Source: an uncultured virus (IMG/VR IMGVR_UViG_3300022885_000007) (taxonomy: Duplodnaviria > Heunggongvirae > Uroviricota > Caudoviricetes). Taken from it: a stretch of 64,000 nucleotides of DNA. The stretch lies in the IMG/VR virus record IMGVR_UViG_3300022885_000007, one strand, 5' to 3'. Below, one piece after another: positions 41,542 through 51,405 of this stretch (the first letter of the stretch is position 1; each line of letters starts with the position of its first letter). The position numbers and the translations under genes were made by a program. Under the pieces are notes generated by a model. The model saw nothing but the letters and a program-made list of their open reading frames with translations, had not been told where the DNA came from and ran no database searches.

Positions 41542-41650
41542 GTCTATATTTATCAAATCACAAGATAAAAGTTATCAATCTACATATAAACACTAAATAC
41601 ATACACTGACTCTTATATGGGTCTTAACATAAAATATAAAGGAGCTACAA

Positions 41651-42040
41651 ATGAAAAATATACAAAAAGGTTTTACATTAGTTGAATTAGTAATTGCCGT
41701 TGCTTTAGTTGGGGTGCTATCTGTTGTAGCAATTCCCAAGATAACAGGCGTATCTGATGATGCACGTGTGGCCGCTTTGAAAGGGGTTGCAGGAGCATTA
41801 TCATCTGCCAGTGTTCGTAACTATGCAATACGTGGTGCAAACAATGCTAATGGTTATGAAGTTACTCAGTGTGAAGATGTAGTAGATATACTTGAAGGTG
41901 GGGTGTTGCCTCAGGGATTTGAACTTGCAGGAACAGATGGAGTCGATCCAGTGGCTGCTGAAGCAAAGGTTGAATGTACATTAAGTACTACAACTACCCC
42001 AGTACAAACCACAACATATACTGCTTACGGTATCGCCTAG
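41651..42040 (+). CDS. Type IV pilin (MshA-like)
   Basis: Class III signal QKG^FTLVELVI with E5, a hydrophobic helix, P22 and a C-terminal Cys pair. Confidence 0.88.
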   Translation: MKNIQKGFTLVELVIAVALVGVLSVVAIPKITGVSDDARVAALKGVAGALSSASVRNYAIRGANNANGYEVTQCEDVVDILEGGVLPQGFELAGTDGVDPVAAEAKVECTLSTTTTPVQTTTYTAYGIA

Positions 42041-42130
42041 ATTTAATATTCGAATCGGGCTAGAAACACTAAATAGATATGATGATCCTTATTTAAGGAT
42101 CCAAACATAACTTACATAATGGAGTAACAA

Positions 42131-42529
42131 ATGAAAAATATTAAACGATCTAAGAAAGGTTTTACATTAATTGAATTAGTAGTATCAGTTGCAGTAGTTG
42201 GTGTGTTGGCAGTTGTTGCCGCACCAAAGGTTGCAGGAGTTGCAGGCGATGCTCGGACTGCGGGAATCGATGGTATGGCTGCTTCATTGGCAACTGCATC
42301 AAGCATGAACTACAACGAACGAAAGAAGTTATCAACAAACGGTAATGCGGTAATTACTTGTACCGATACTCCTGCTTCACTAGCTGGTGGAACTCTGCCA
42401 GGCGCTTATGTATTCACATTGGATGACGGAGATGTTGAAATTCTGCCAGGCGAGACAGGACTTTGTAGAATCAGTACCCTTAGCACACCAGTTGCTACTG
42501 CTGAATATTTAGCATACGGCATAGAGTAA
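42131..42529 (+). CDS. Type IV pilin (MshA-like), paralogue
   Basis: KKG^FTLIELVV, P22, Cys pair and a shared AYGI C-terminus. Confidence 0.88.
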   Translation: MKNIKRSKKGFTLIELVVSVAVVGVLAVVAAPKVAGVAGDARTAGIDGMAASLATASSMNYNERKKLSTNGNAVITCTDTPASLAGGTLPGAYVFTLDDGDVEILPGETGLCRISTLSTPVATAEYLAYGIE

Positions 42530-42542
42530 CACAAGCAAGAAC

Positions 42543-42571
42543 CTGAGGGCCAGATCGGCCCTCAGTATTTT
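42543..42571 (+). terminator. Intrinsic terminator after the pilin pair
   Basis: CTGAGGGCC-AGATC-GGCCCTCAG-TATTTT. Confidence 0.75.
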
Positions 42572-42592
42572 AACAATACTTAGGAGTTAAAC

Positions 42593-42796
42593 ATGGAATA
42601 TCTACTAATTGGTTTAGTAGTCGTGGTCACCGTTTTGTTCTTTATCAAGAGAAACGATGAAAAAACAGCCAGTGAGCTACAACCGAAAGTTAAAGAGAAA
42701 GCCGCAAAACCAGTAAAAAAAGCACCCGAGAAGGCGCCGGCAAAGAAAGCACGTGCTAAAAAAACAACAGCTACGCCGCTGAAAGTTCTTAAGTAA
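42593..42796 (+). CDS. Small membrane-anchored protein with a Lys/Ala-rich tail
   Basis: N-terminal TM helix, KKAP/KKAR repeats, AGGAG SD. Confidence 0.65.
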   Translation: MEYLLIGLVVVVTVLFFIKRNDEKTASELQPKVKEKAAKPVKKAPEKAPAKKARAKKTTATPLKVLK

Positions 42797-42812
42797 AGAG
42801 CAATAATAAACT

Positions 42813-43544
42813 ATGGTTGATATCGGATTTGATGTAATCGGTGACCTTAATTTAGAACCAAACGATTCGTTTAATTGGGAATCCAAAACTACGAGTTTGT
42901 ATTGTATTCTAAGTGGGAACATTAGTTCTGATATGAGAACTGTGATTCAAACCTTAGTCCATCTCAGTCAATTGTACCAGGGTGTATTTTTTACACCTGG
43001 TTTATTAGAATATGAAACTAGTAAACTTGATATAAACAGGCGAACTGCTGAACTCGTGAGTTTGGCCGAGAAAGTCCCCAACATTATTATATTACATCAC
43101 AATATCATTATTGTTGATGGTGTTGCCATTATTGGTTCAAACTGTTGGGAAAATGCTCACGAGCCTGGCATGTCTGTCTCTATCGAAGATTTAAAGTACA
43201 ACCAATATCGATTAGACGATATGGGTTTCTTACACAAAACTATAGAAAAATTACAACGTCACATGGATGTTAAAAAGATTGTCCTTGTTACCAACGGTGT
43301 CCCTAATTCCAACTGCTATTTCGGCGAAGTGCCTGATTACGCAGAGAGTCAAATTCCATTAGATACAGTATTAAATGCCGATACTGAAGGCAAGATAACT
43401 CACTGGATATATGGATCGTACAGCAAACCAGTAGAAGCAACTCTGCTTCTACCTAGAAAAAATGACTTGATTGCGATTAGTAATCCACTCGTAGAAAAGG
43501 ACATGAAACACTATCATCCAAAACGTCTTACTGTTTCGGTTTAG
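42813..43544 (+). CDS. Calcineurin-like metallophosphoesterase fold with substituted metal ligands
   Basis: GDLN, SGNI, PGLLEY, VTNGVP and HWIYGSY at the positions of DxH, GD, GNHE, H and GHxH. Confidence 0.6.
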   Translation: MVDIGFDVIGDLNLEPNDSFNWESKTTSLYCILSGNISSDMRTVIQTLVHLSQLYQGVFFTPGLLEYETSKLDINRRTAELVSLAEKVPNIIILHHNIIIVDGVAIIGSNCWENAHEPGMSVSIEDLKYNQYRLDDMGFLHKTIEKLQRHMDVKKIVLVTNGVPNSNCYFGEVPDYAESQIPLDTVLNADTEGKITHWIYGSYSKPVEATLLLPRKNDLIAISNPLVEKDMKHYHPKRLTVSV

Positions 43545-43855
43545 GCTTCTGCTTCCACTTTAATTTGTAAGGGGAATCCCTTAGATCGTGCATCAAGTGT
43601 TACCTCAATACCCTTTTGTTCTGCGATTTCATATGGTAAGACTGCTACAATAGCACTGCCCTCTGCATGGATATCACTCGTAATAGTAGATGCGGTATCT
43701 GGATTATAACTGAAAAAATCACATAGAGATTCTACCACAAACTCCATAGTCGTGACTTCATCATTGATATAAATCACCTTAAATAACGGTGGCTCTTGTA
43801 ATGCAAAATTGGGTTTGATCTTACCTTCGGTTGTTACATTAAATTCTTCTGACAT
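43541..43855 (-). CDS. clpS: N-degron adaptor ClpS
   Basis: FKVIYINDEVTTMEFVV, IHAEG, YEIAE.K and FPL motifs. Confidence 0.92.
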   Translation of the reverse strand: MSEEFNVTTEGKIKPNFALQEPPLFKVIYINDEVTTMEFVVESLCDFFSYNPDTASTITSDIHAEGSAIVAVLPYEIAEQKGIEVTLDARSKGFPLQIKVEAEA

Positions 43856-43958
43856 AATAATTACCCATTGTGATAAAGTTAAAAAGTGTGCGTAGTGGTA
43901 TCGATCGGCTGTCTATTTCGATTTTTTTCTGTCACTACACACACTATACCCTATAATA

Positions 43959-44465
43959 CTATTTAGCGGAGGAAATGTCAATCTTTCTGGGTTTTAACTC
44001 ATCCGGAAGTTGACGTTCTAAACTAACTCTTAATATGCCATTAATCATATCAGCACCAGTCACAATAACGTGATCAGCAAGTGTGAACGCTCTGGCGAAC
44101 GTTCTATTACTAATACCCCTGTGCAAATACTCTGGCTCGTTTATAGAACTGGCTATTTCTGTTACGTCCACCTCAACTTTTCCAGCGCCAGTTAAGGAGT
44201 CTCCTTTTGTTGTAGAAATGGTTAATTGGCTTTGATCTACTTCAATGTCAATTGCATCTTTATCAATACCAGCAAGTGCTAGTTCAATAAAAAAATGATC
44301 ATCGTCGATTTTAATAACATTGTACGGAGGATAATTATCCTTGCCCGCTATTGTTGCTAGTCGATTGAGGTCTGCAAGCATAGAATCGAAACCGATTCCG
44401 AATTTGTGGATTGAGGGGATGTCTAAATGATTTAGGCGGATGCCTAGTCTGTTGCTATTGCTCAT
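43959..44465 (-). CDS. Small heat-shock protein (IbpA/Hsp20)
   Basis: IGFD, YPPYN, IELALAG, YLHRGI and NGIL..P..KPRKI motifs. Confidence 0.93.
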   Translation of the reverse strand: MSNSNRLGIRLNHLDIPSIHKFGIGFDSMLADLNRLATIAGKDNYPPYNVIKIDDDHFFIELALAGIDKDAIDIEVDQSQLTISTTKGDSLTGAGKVEVDVTEIASSINEPEYLHRGISNRTFARAFTLADHVIVTGADMINGILRVSLERQLPDELKPRKIDISSAK

Positions 44466-44545
44466 GGTGTTCTCCTTTAATAAAGCAAGTTTACTATTTG
44501 GACCCTTTCGGCATCCATGTGATCAGAAACCTATCTTCTCACATA
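44466..44545 (-). promoter_or_regulatory. ROSE-like structured 5' UTR of hsp20
   Basis: CTTGCTTT-ATT-AAAGGAG pairs over the SD with a bulged G; two upstream hairpins; TAAATA at 44548-44553. Confidence 0.65.
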
Positions 44546-44568
44546 ACTATTTATCATTATACAACGAG

Positions 44569-44856
44569 TTAGTATTTTTTGGTACCACGTGATCCTGGCT
44601 GTAGAGACAATCTTTTTTGTTCTCGTTTGATTGCGGCGGCCTTTTTAAGTTTGCGTTTTGAGGTAGGTTTCTCGAAATACTCTCTTTCTCTAACTTCGAT
44701 AAGCAACCCTGAATTAGAAACTTTTTTCTTAAATTGACGTAATGCTTGTTCCACATTGCCGTTTATTACCGTGACAGCGTTGCCAATTGGTTGTTGGGTG
44801 TATGATTTTTTTGATGAATTAAAATTATTTTTGTAGTCAGTATTTTTATATGTCAT
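44569..44856 (-). CDS. rpsU: Ribosomal protein bS21 with an N-terminal extension
   Basis: VEQALRQFKKKV..G..EVREREYFEKPT.KRK. Confidence 0.9.
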   Translation of the reverse strand: MTYKNTDYKNNFNSSKKSYTQQPIGNAVTVINGNVEQALRQFKKKVSNSGLLIEVREREYFEKPTSKRKLKKAAAIKREQKRLSLQPGSRGTKKY

Positions 44857-46049
44857 ATAATTGTTTTTGGGTTTATTATTAAGTCCTTATCTATATTTAG
44901 CTCGGTAATACCCTTTCTTTTATATTTACCAACGTTAAACATATGAGGCATTAAAACTCTCTCGATTTCCGATTGTAATCCTCTTGCACCAGTTTTAGTG
45001 TTGATGCAATTAACCACCATCTCTTCAATGGCATCCTCGGTAAAACTTAGTGTAATGCCATCGATACCAAGCAAATAAATATATTGATCGATGAAGTTGT
45101 TTTTTACTGAAGTAAGTACTTTTATTAATTCATTCTTGGATAACTCTGCAACACTAATTGATGTAGGGAATCTACCGATAAACTCTGGAATCATTCCGTA
45201 TTTCATCAAGTCTTTGGGTGTCACATCAATGAAGTGTTCAGCTTGATCTTCTTTGAGTTTTGATACAAAACCAATACTTGTTCCTGTAGTTCTGGATTTG
45301 ATAACATCTTGTAAACCATCAAAGGCTCCACCTGCAATAAAGAGTATGTTTGTTGTGTCAATCTCAACGAGGGGTTCCTGCGGATGCTTACGTTTACCAT
45401 TAGGAGCAACTCGACATATAGTACCCTCTACTATCTTCAATAGTGCTTGTTGGACGCCCTCCCCGCTAACGTCACGTGTTATAGAGGCGTTCTCACTCTT
45501 ACGTGCGATTTTGTCTATTTCATCTATGAATATAATACCACGTTCTGCTTTCTCGACATCATCACCAGCTTTTGATAACAGGACGCCTAACATGCTCTCT
45601 ACGTCATCTCCTACGTATCCTGCTTCTGTTAAATTAGTGGCATCAGCAACGATAAAGGGAACATCTAAGTACCTTGCTACAGTTTGTGCAAGTAATGTTT
45701 TACCACACCCAGTTGGACCAAGTAACAGAACATTACCTTTATGTATTGTTAGCCCTTTTGGCGGTGGATTAAAAACTCTTTTGTAATGGTTTGATATCGC
45801 GACCGCTAGAACTTCTTTAGCAGTAATTTGGCCAACAACATACTTGTTTAGGTGTCGCATGATAGATTGTGGATCCATGCTCTTTGGAGGGTCGTTGGCC
45901 TTTACAGGTACTTGTTCATCCTCTATTAGTTGCTGACAAAGCGATACGCATTCTGAACAAATCGCGACATTTTCTCCAACAATTAATTTAGTAACAATTT
46001 CCTTAGGATTGCCGCAAAACGAACAGTTTACTTCTGATTTATCACTCAC
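44853..46049 (-). CDS. clpX: ATP-dependent Clp protease ATPase subunit
   Basis: CSFC..CSEC zinc finger, GPTGCGKT, GYVG, FIDEIDK, RDVSGEGVQ, RKH and IGF loop. Confidence 0.97.
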   Translation of the reverse strand: MSDKSEVNCSFCGNPKEIVTKLIVGENVAICSECVSLCQQLIEDEQVPVKANDPPKSMDPQSIMRHLNKYVVGQITAKEVLAVAISNHYKRVFNPPPKGLTIHKGNVLLLGPTGCGKTLLAQTVARYLDVPFIVADATNLTEAGYVGDDVESMLGVLLSKAGDDVEKAERGIIFIDEIDKIARKSENASITRDVSGEGVQQALLKIVEGTICRVAPNGKRKHPQEPLVEIDTTNILFIAGGAFDGLQDVIKSRTTGTSIGFVSKLKEDQAEHFIDVTPKDLMKYGMIPEFIGRFPTSISVAELSKNELIKVLTSVKNNFIDQYIYLLGIDGITLSFTEDAIEEMVVNCINTKTGARGLQSEIERVLMPHMFNVGKYKRKGITELNIDKDLIINPKTII

Positions 46050-46074
46050 TAAATACGTTTCCTATTTTTCTTTA

Positions 46075-47001
46075 TTAGCAATCTTGCGATCCCTTAATTG
46101 ACAATTTTATCTGGGACATCTCTTGAAGTTGCTTTGCAAGGTCCTGATCGATCTCGTACTTAAAAACATTGTCAACTGTATTATTTATATAAAAACGTAT
46201 ACCTGCATTAATATTGGTATATAACCCTGTATAATATCTTTGCCTGTGTGATATACCCTGTACACATGTATTTAGTATAGGTACGCCCAGCAATGTAGTT
46301 GCTGTCATTTCTACCATACTACCACGCAAGAAAGTTTGATTGATCTTTTTGTGAATAATATTGTCACTAAAATACAGAGTAGTATCTTCAAAATCTAAAT
46401 AAGTAACTGCACCGTGAGCATTGGTTGCAAACAACGTCATAAGTTCTTTTAACGAATCCAAATATGCTTTATTCCAAGTTGCAGTATAATATACTTTAAG
46501 ATGGTAGTTTCTATCTGGGTCAGTGATTACTTCATAACTCCGCATTTTGATATTGATTGCGATAGACGGAAAGTATTTAAATGTATTGTCTATTAGTTTA
46601 TCACCATCGGCTTGTTGTTTCTGGTAGGACTCTAGTTGTTTAGAGATATTCTCTCCATCAAACCTCTCTGAGGAGATATAACTACTCAATACAAAGTCTT
46701 TTAATAGAGACTTGTCAACCGTAACATCTACCTTCACATATTGTAAATTACCAATTGGATGATGTTCTAATATGTTATATGCAAGAATATATCCTGCACT
46801 ATAAGTTAGGATTTGATTCCGCGTGAGTTTGTTGTTGATAACACTCCGTTCAGCGTCTATGATAACACCGACTTCGAAATCGACTGCTTTCTTAAATGCG
46901 TTGTTAAGTGCTGTGGTAAAAGAATTACCTTCTCCTGTTACCGTAGTCGCTAGTGCAGGAGAAGCTATAAAAATAAGAAGTGAGAAAAGAAGATTTCTCA
47001 T
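46075..47001 (-). CDS. Secreted hypothetical protein
   Basis: Signal peptide MRNLLFSLLIFIASPALA. Confidence 0.6.
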   Translation of the reverse strand: MRNLLFSLLIFIASPALATTVTGEGNSFTTALNNAFKKAVDFEVGVIIDAERSVINNKLTRNQILTYSAGYILAYNILEHHPIGNLQYVKVDVTVDKSLLKDFVLSSYISSERFDGENISKQLESYQKQQADGDKLIDNTFKYFPSIAINIKMRSYEVITDPDRNYHLKVYYTATWNKAYLDSLKELMTLFATNAHGAVTYLDFEDTTLYFSDNIIHKKINQTFLRGSMVEMTATTLLGVPILNTCVQGISHRQRYYTGLYTNINAGIRFYINNTVDNVFKYEIDQDLAKQLQEMSQIKLSIKGSQDC

Positions 47002-47011
47002 ACGAGAACTC

Positions 47012-47653
47012 CTAGTTTTGATTTAGTGTTTGAACGAGACTTTGGTTAAACAAACTCCATGTTGCAGTAACTTGAATGAGTTGATCATCTATTTTCTTAT
47101 TACTAAATTCTATGCCTACTAGTCTACGTTTAGAAAACGCTGTTGCTGTACTAGTTACCACACGATCCATTTCGTTAGAGTTGACCCGTACTGATGTATC
47201 TCTTGAGGCCTCTTCATCGGTGATCTCCACAGATCCTTTCATCACATTGTTAATCGAGTCTTCACCCTTTTCAATATTTTTGACAATGGTTTTTACAACC
47301 CTATCGGATGTAACATCTACACCATGAAAGTCCGACAGTTTTGCAAGTGCTCCAAGTTCTCCAACTAAGATAGCGGACTCTGCTAATGCATTTGTGCCAC
47401 CATTTGAATTAACAGTCACTATAGCTGTAATAGATTTGATTGAAAATTCCTTACAACCAAGTATGAATTTTCTTTTTGCACATTCAGACTTGACAGTGAT
47501 ACCGTCTTTGTTGAATTTACTTGTTAATTCCTGTACCATGTATGGATCAGTTTCTGGTCCTTTTGGTCTATCGACTGAGTTCTTAGAACCCATCATTGAA
47601 CAACCACTCATTGTTATAATTGCTACCAGTACTAATATAATTTTATTATTCAT
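47012..47653 (-). CDS. Lipoprotein
   Basis: Lipobox MSG^C after a hydrophobic stretch. Confidence 0.65.
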   Translation of the reverse strand: MNNKIILVLVAIITMSGCSMMGSKNSVDRPKGPETDPYMVQELTSKFNKDGITVKSECAKRKFILGCKEFSIKSITAIVTVNSNGGTNALAESAILVGELGALAKLSDFHGVDVTSDRVVKTIVKNIEKGEDSINNVMKGSVEITDEEASRDTSVRVNSNEMDRVVTSTATAFSKRRLVGIEFSNKKIDDQLIQVTATWSLFNQSLVQTLNQN

Positions 47654-47736
47654 GATTCTCTCCTATTAGGATTATTTAATTAACGTAAAGCGAGTATAAC
47701 GAATTTATGGGTTAATCTCAAGAGTTTTGGGTAAAA

Positions 47737-49668
47737 TTACTCAGGAATGTCAGTGAGGTATAGCTCTATTTGTTGACGTTCGGATTCGGAAAGTAAATCG
47801 ACATCATACTCCCCAGATTGAATTTGGTCAACTAAATGCCTAATGTAAGCATCATCAAACAAGTAACTATCAGACTGATTTTTGTTGATTTCGATCCAGT
47901 GCTTGCCCTCAAATTTATATACTCGGTTCGGCATCTGATCAACTCTGACAAAGATGTCTCCTTTAACCGCTATCCTTGGAAAGGCAGTTCCGAAACTCGT
48001 ATGTGCCGCCCTGCTTCCTTCATCTTTTTGTAAAAATAATTCAGGGTGCGTTGATTTAAGTGCATTTTCATGTATTGATTTGCCTTCAAGGTCAATAATG
48101 TAATCACTGTTTTCTATCTTCTGATATGTTACTCCAGACTCCATAATGCTAAGTGGCTCGGTGATAGTTAGTTCTTCTTCAACTGGTTCTTCAACTGCCT
48201 CATCCTGTGTAACCAAGAATTCTCTATTACCCATTCGTTGTTGTCTGTGCCATTCAGACAATGCAAATCTTGCGTCGGCTATCGAAGGTTCTAATTTCTC
48301 AAAATTTAATTCGTGTGGCTCATCATCGTCAAACGGTTGAGGGTCAAACCCAGACGGTGGCATGTCCACCGGCGGCTCTGGGTACTGCTCTTCGTCAGGC
48401 TTTTTCAAGTCTGGCTCTTCGCTTGGAATTGTTTTGCGTTTACGATGTTCGAATGTGTATTGACTGGCAATCAACAACAATACTGCCAGTGGATCGAACA
48501 CAAAGATGATGATCATAATCAACCATGATACGGCTGTCTCTAATAGAGTGGCATCTGCATTTTCTGTGCCAGTAAAAAATTCAGCAATATACCTAATTGG
48601 ACCAACTTCGCTTTCAACCAACCTAACTGCTTGTTCAGATTCAAATTTTTCATCTTTAAGTGTATCTATGGTAGTATATATACCATCTATTTGCACGTTC
48701 CATTTGTCAACTTGAGCAAGGTCATCGTCTTGGGATGAATTGCTTTGTTCTCTTAAACGATTGATTTCTGTAGTAGCATTATCAACAGTGGTTTGTGTTT
48801 GGCCGCGATAGTTGTTGATGTTTCCTTGTGCCTCACGAATAGAACTGCTCGCGCCTAGACGCAAGACTGCTTCTCTGTCTCTTGCAACTTTATCTATTCG
48901 TTTTATCTCTGTTGAAATAGCATCACGTTCGGTCTTCTGTGCTAATCTTATTTTGTTTGCTTCAGCAACATTGTCTATTGTTTCAACAGTAGCACTTCTA
49001 AATAGACCACCTGCCTCTAGTTGATTTGTGGTAGTTCCTTGATTGGCTTTAGTAGCGACAATGTTATCTAATGGGACGAGTTTGTCTGTTTGTACTTTAA
49101 CATCTGCGGTACGAGAAGTCTCTAACGCTTCCAAATCTGTTCTAAGACCTTCATTTATGGTCGTGATATTGTTTTGATTATAATCAATGTCTGCTTGTAC
49201 AGCACCGCGAGCGCCAGTGATAATCTCTTGTTGTTGATCAATAGACGATGATACATCAAAGCCTCCACCAGACGATACATCACCAATCCTTTCTTGGAGA
49301 ATAGTGATTCTGTTTTCTTCTCTAGCTATTTGACCATCAATTCGTTGCACTGTCGCTACAGCTTCAGTAGCATTGCCAGATACAGTATCATGTGCCTTAG
49401 ATAAAAAGCCGAAGATGCCAATGGAAGTGATAAGCATCAATACTACAACAGCGATACTTAAATAGATTTTTAGCCACCACGCGGCGATTCTCCAGTATTT
49501 ATGGAGCCAAACTGCGGTGACAAGTTTACTAACTTCTAGCACACCGCCCATTACAATAATTGGGATAACGGCCGCAGAGAAGATAGCGGCTAAACCCGAG
49601 ACCGAATAATAAATAGCTACAGCACTAATAGTAAGAGCCGTAAATAAAGTTAAGTATGCTAAAAACAT
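47737..49668 (-). CDS. Membrane protein with a long coiled coil (T4-like conserved hypothetical)
   Basis: Three N-terminal TM segments, a coiled coil and a VGPIRY..FVFDPLAV TM segment. Confidence 0.7.
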   Translation of the reverse strand: MFLAYLTLFTALTISAVAIYYSVSGLAAIFSAAVIPIIVMGGVLEVSKLVTAVWLHKYWRIAAWWLKIYLSIAVVVLMLITSIGIFGFLSKAHDTVSGNATEAVATVQRIDGQIAREENRITILQERIGDVSSGGGFDVSSSIDQQQEIITGARGAVQADIDYNQNNITTINEGLRTDLEALETSRTADVKVQTDKLVPLDNIVATKANQGTTTNQLEAGGLFRSATVETIDNVAEANKIRLAQKTERDAISTEIKRIDKVARDREAVLRLGASSSIREAQGNINNYRGQTQTTVDNATTEINRLREQSNSSQDDDLAQVDKWNVQIDGIYTTIDTLKDEKFESEQAVRLVESEVGPIRYIAEFFTGTENADATLLETAVSWLIMIIIFVFDPLAVLLLIASQYTFEHRKRKTIPSEEPDLKKPDEEQYPEPPVDMPPSGFDPQPFDDDEPHELNFEKLEPSIADARFALSEWHRQQRMGNREFLVTQDEAVEEPVEEELTITEPLSIMESGVTYQKIENSDYIIDLEGKSIHENALKSTHPELFLQKDEGSRAAHTSFGTAFPRIAVKGDIFVRVDQMPNRVYKFEGKHWIEINKNQSDSYLFDDAYIRHLVDQIQSGEYDVDLLSESERQQIELYLTDIPE

Positions 49669-50023
49669 TGCGTGATGAATTTCCTCTTCAGTGTTATATA
49701 GTATTTATCAGATTTCATGTGCCCAAAGAAGTATTAGTCATGCTTTCCAGTCATTGCCACAAATAAATGACCATATGTACCAAGAAAGTTATTATAAGAC
49801 ATAGTTTGTCTTCTTGGTATACCTGGACCCTGGTAAATATTATAAGTTATGAAGGGAGTGATACCCTCTCTGCCTTCACCTTCAAGCAATCTATCTCTTA
49901 ATTTGACATCCGTAATTTCGATAGAATCACCATCTGGAAAGGTGTGTTTTACACCTACTAAATTTTCTGGTACAAGCCTCTTCATCTCTTCTGGCCAATG
50001 ATTGTATTCTTGATCGAGCGCCA

Positions 50024-51355
50024 TTATTTATCATCCCTAAATCTTACGAATCTAGGGAACCTTAAACTATATGTGCCATCTTGGTTTTGACTAATAGCAT
50101 CACAGAGTACCTCAGCAGTCTGTCCAATTAATTCGTGTTTTGCTTCCCAGTATGAATCTCTGTCTTTGTCAGAAAAGCCAGAACCGACATTCACTTTAAT
50201 AAATTTACCATCATCTGTGCCTTCACAAACAAGGGCGCCTAATCTACTTGCATTTCTTCCCGTACCTTCTTCTAAGTCAACAACGGTTAAGTCTACAGTA
50301 ATTGTAGGTTTCCACTTCATCCAAAATAGATTTCTCTTGCACTCATATGGTGCTTCTAACTCTTTGATCATTATGCCTTCAAAGCCTGCTTCAACCATGT
50401 CGTTGGCATACGTCTTAAGTGCTGTCTTGCCGTCGTCAGTATCTAAATCAACCATGATGTGTGGTAGCATATCAAGTGATGGGATGGTGTTGAACAAACT
50501 TCTTAAGTTTTCTAACACTTCGATGCGTTTACGCAACTGAGCATTACAATGTCCTCTGCGAAAGTCAGCAAGTGACATGACATCAAATACATTGAACACT
50601 GTGTCAGTAGCATTAACATCAGTTTTTCTACGGGCTTGTTTCATTAATTCGTTGAACGATGCTCCGACCACTTCACCGTCAAAGACGTAACAACTAGTGT
50701 CTCCAATAGAGTTACCTAATCTAGCAATGATCGCGTTGTGATTTAGAAATACTTGTTCTTCAATATGCCCGAAGTTCTCAAATACTTTGCCGTTACGACT
50801 ATAACATGTAGCTACTCCTTCATCGACTACCATTAGGACTCTAACGCCATCTAATTTAGGCTCAAGTCGTTTAGTACCCGACATTTCAGGTCGACCTTCT
50901 GAGTTAGTAGCAAGTTGACATTTAAAAATAGGGACTTCAAACTCTGTGCCTTTGCACACTTTGTTGATAGTCGAAGATGAGAAGCCTGCTCTTAAATCTC
51001 TGCGAATGACAGGAGCACAAAAGTTGTCCCATTCGTCACTAGAAAATCTGTATGACATTTTTTCTACAGCATCGATTGCCGCATTACCTGTCAATGACCG
51101 ACCAGACAACAAATGAAGCAATTCATTGAAAACTGCCCAAGGATTCTCAGGATTCTCGTCTGATGACGATGTTGAACTTGGTACCTTTCTGACGCCATAA
51201 GTAATATATGGATTGTATGTTGCTTTAGCCAATTGCAAAAAGTTGATAGCATTGGTGCTACCCAATCTTGCGGCCTCAAGTGCTTGTCTCAATACATCTT
51301 GTTTATGTAGTTTTGAGTTGCTTTCTTGTAATTTTTTAATCCAACTTGCAGACAT
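50024..51355 (-). CDS. ATP-dependent DNA ligase
   Basis: EPKLDGVR, SRNGK, FDGE, EGIMIK, W.K.K, VGSGF and SLRFPRF motifs. Confidence 0.95.
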   Translation of the reverse strand: MSASWIKKLQESNSKLHKQDVLRQALEAARLGSTNAINFLQLAKATYNPYITYGVRKVPSSTSSSDENPENPWAVFNELLHLLSGRSLTGNAAIDAVEKMSYRFSSDEWDNFCAPVIRRDLRAGFSSSTINKVCKGTEFEVPIFKCQLATNSEGRPEMSGTKRLEPKLDGVRVLMVVDEGVATCYSRNGKVFENFGHIEEQVFLNHNAIIARLGNSIGDTSCYVFDGEVVGASFNELMKQARRKTDVNATDTVFNVFDVMSLADFRRGHCNAQLRKRIEVLENLRSLFNTIPSLDMLPHIMVDLDTDDGKTALKTYANDMVEAGFEGIMIKELEAPYECKRNLFWMKWKPTITVDLTVVDLEEGTGRNASRLGALVCEGTDDGKFIKVNVGSGFSDKDRDSYWEAKHELIGQTAEVLCDAISQNQDGTYSLRFPRFVRFRDDK

Positions 51356-51376
51356 ACTTTCTCCTAAATATTAATC

Positions 51377-51405
51377 ATTATACTACCGATCAACCTCAAT
51401 GTCAA
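51377..51405 (-). promoter_or_regulatory. sigma70-type promoter for the ligase gene
   Basis: TTGACA-N17-TATAAT. Confidence 0.85.

Noticed and set aside
39561..46049. Bacterial chromosome fragment (clpP, clpX, clpS, rpsU)
   Set aside because: Gene order is unlike bacterial tig-clpP-clpX-lon or clpS-clpA, and the genes are interleaved with TAAATA promoters and phage-type ORFs.
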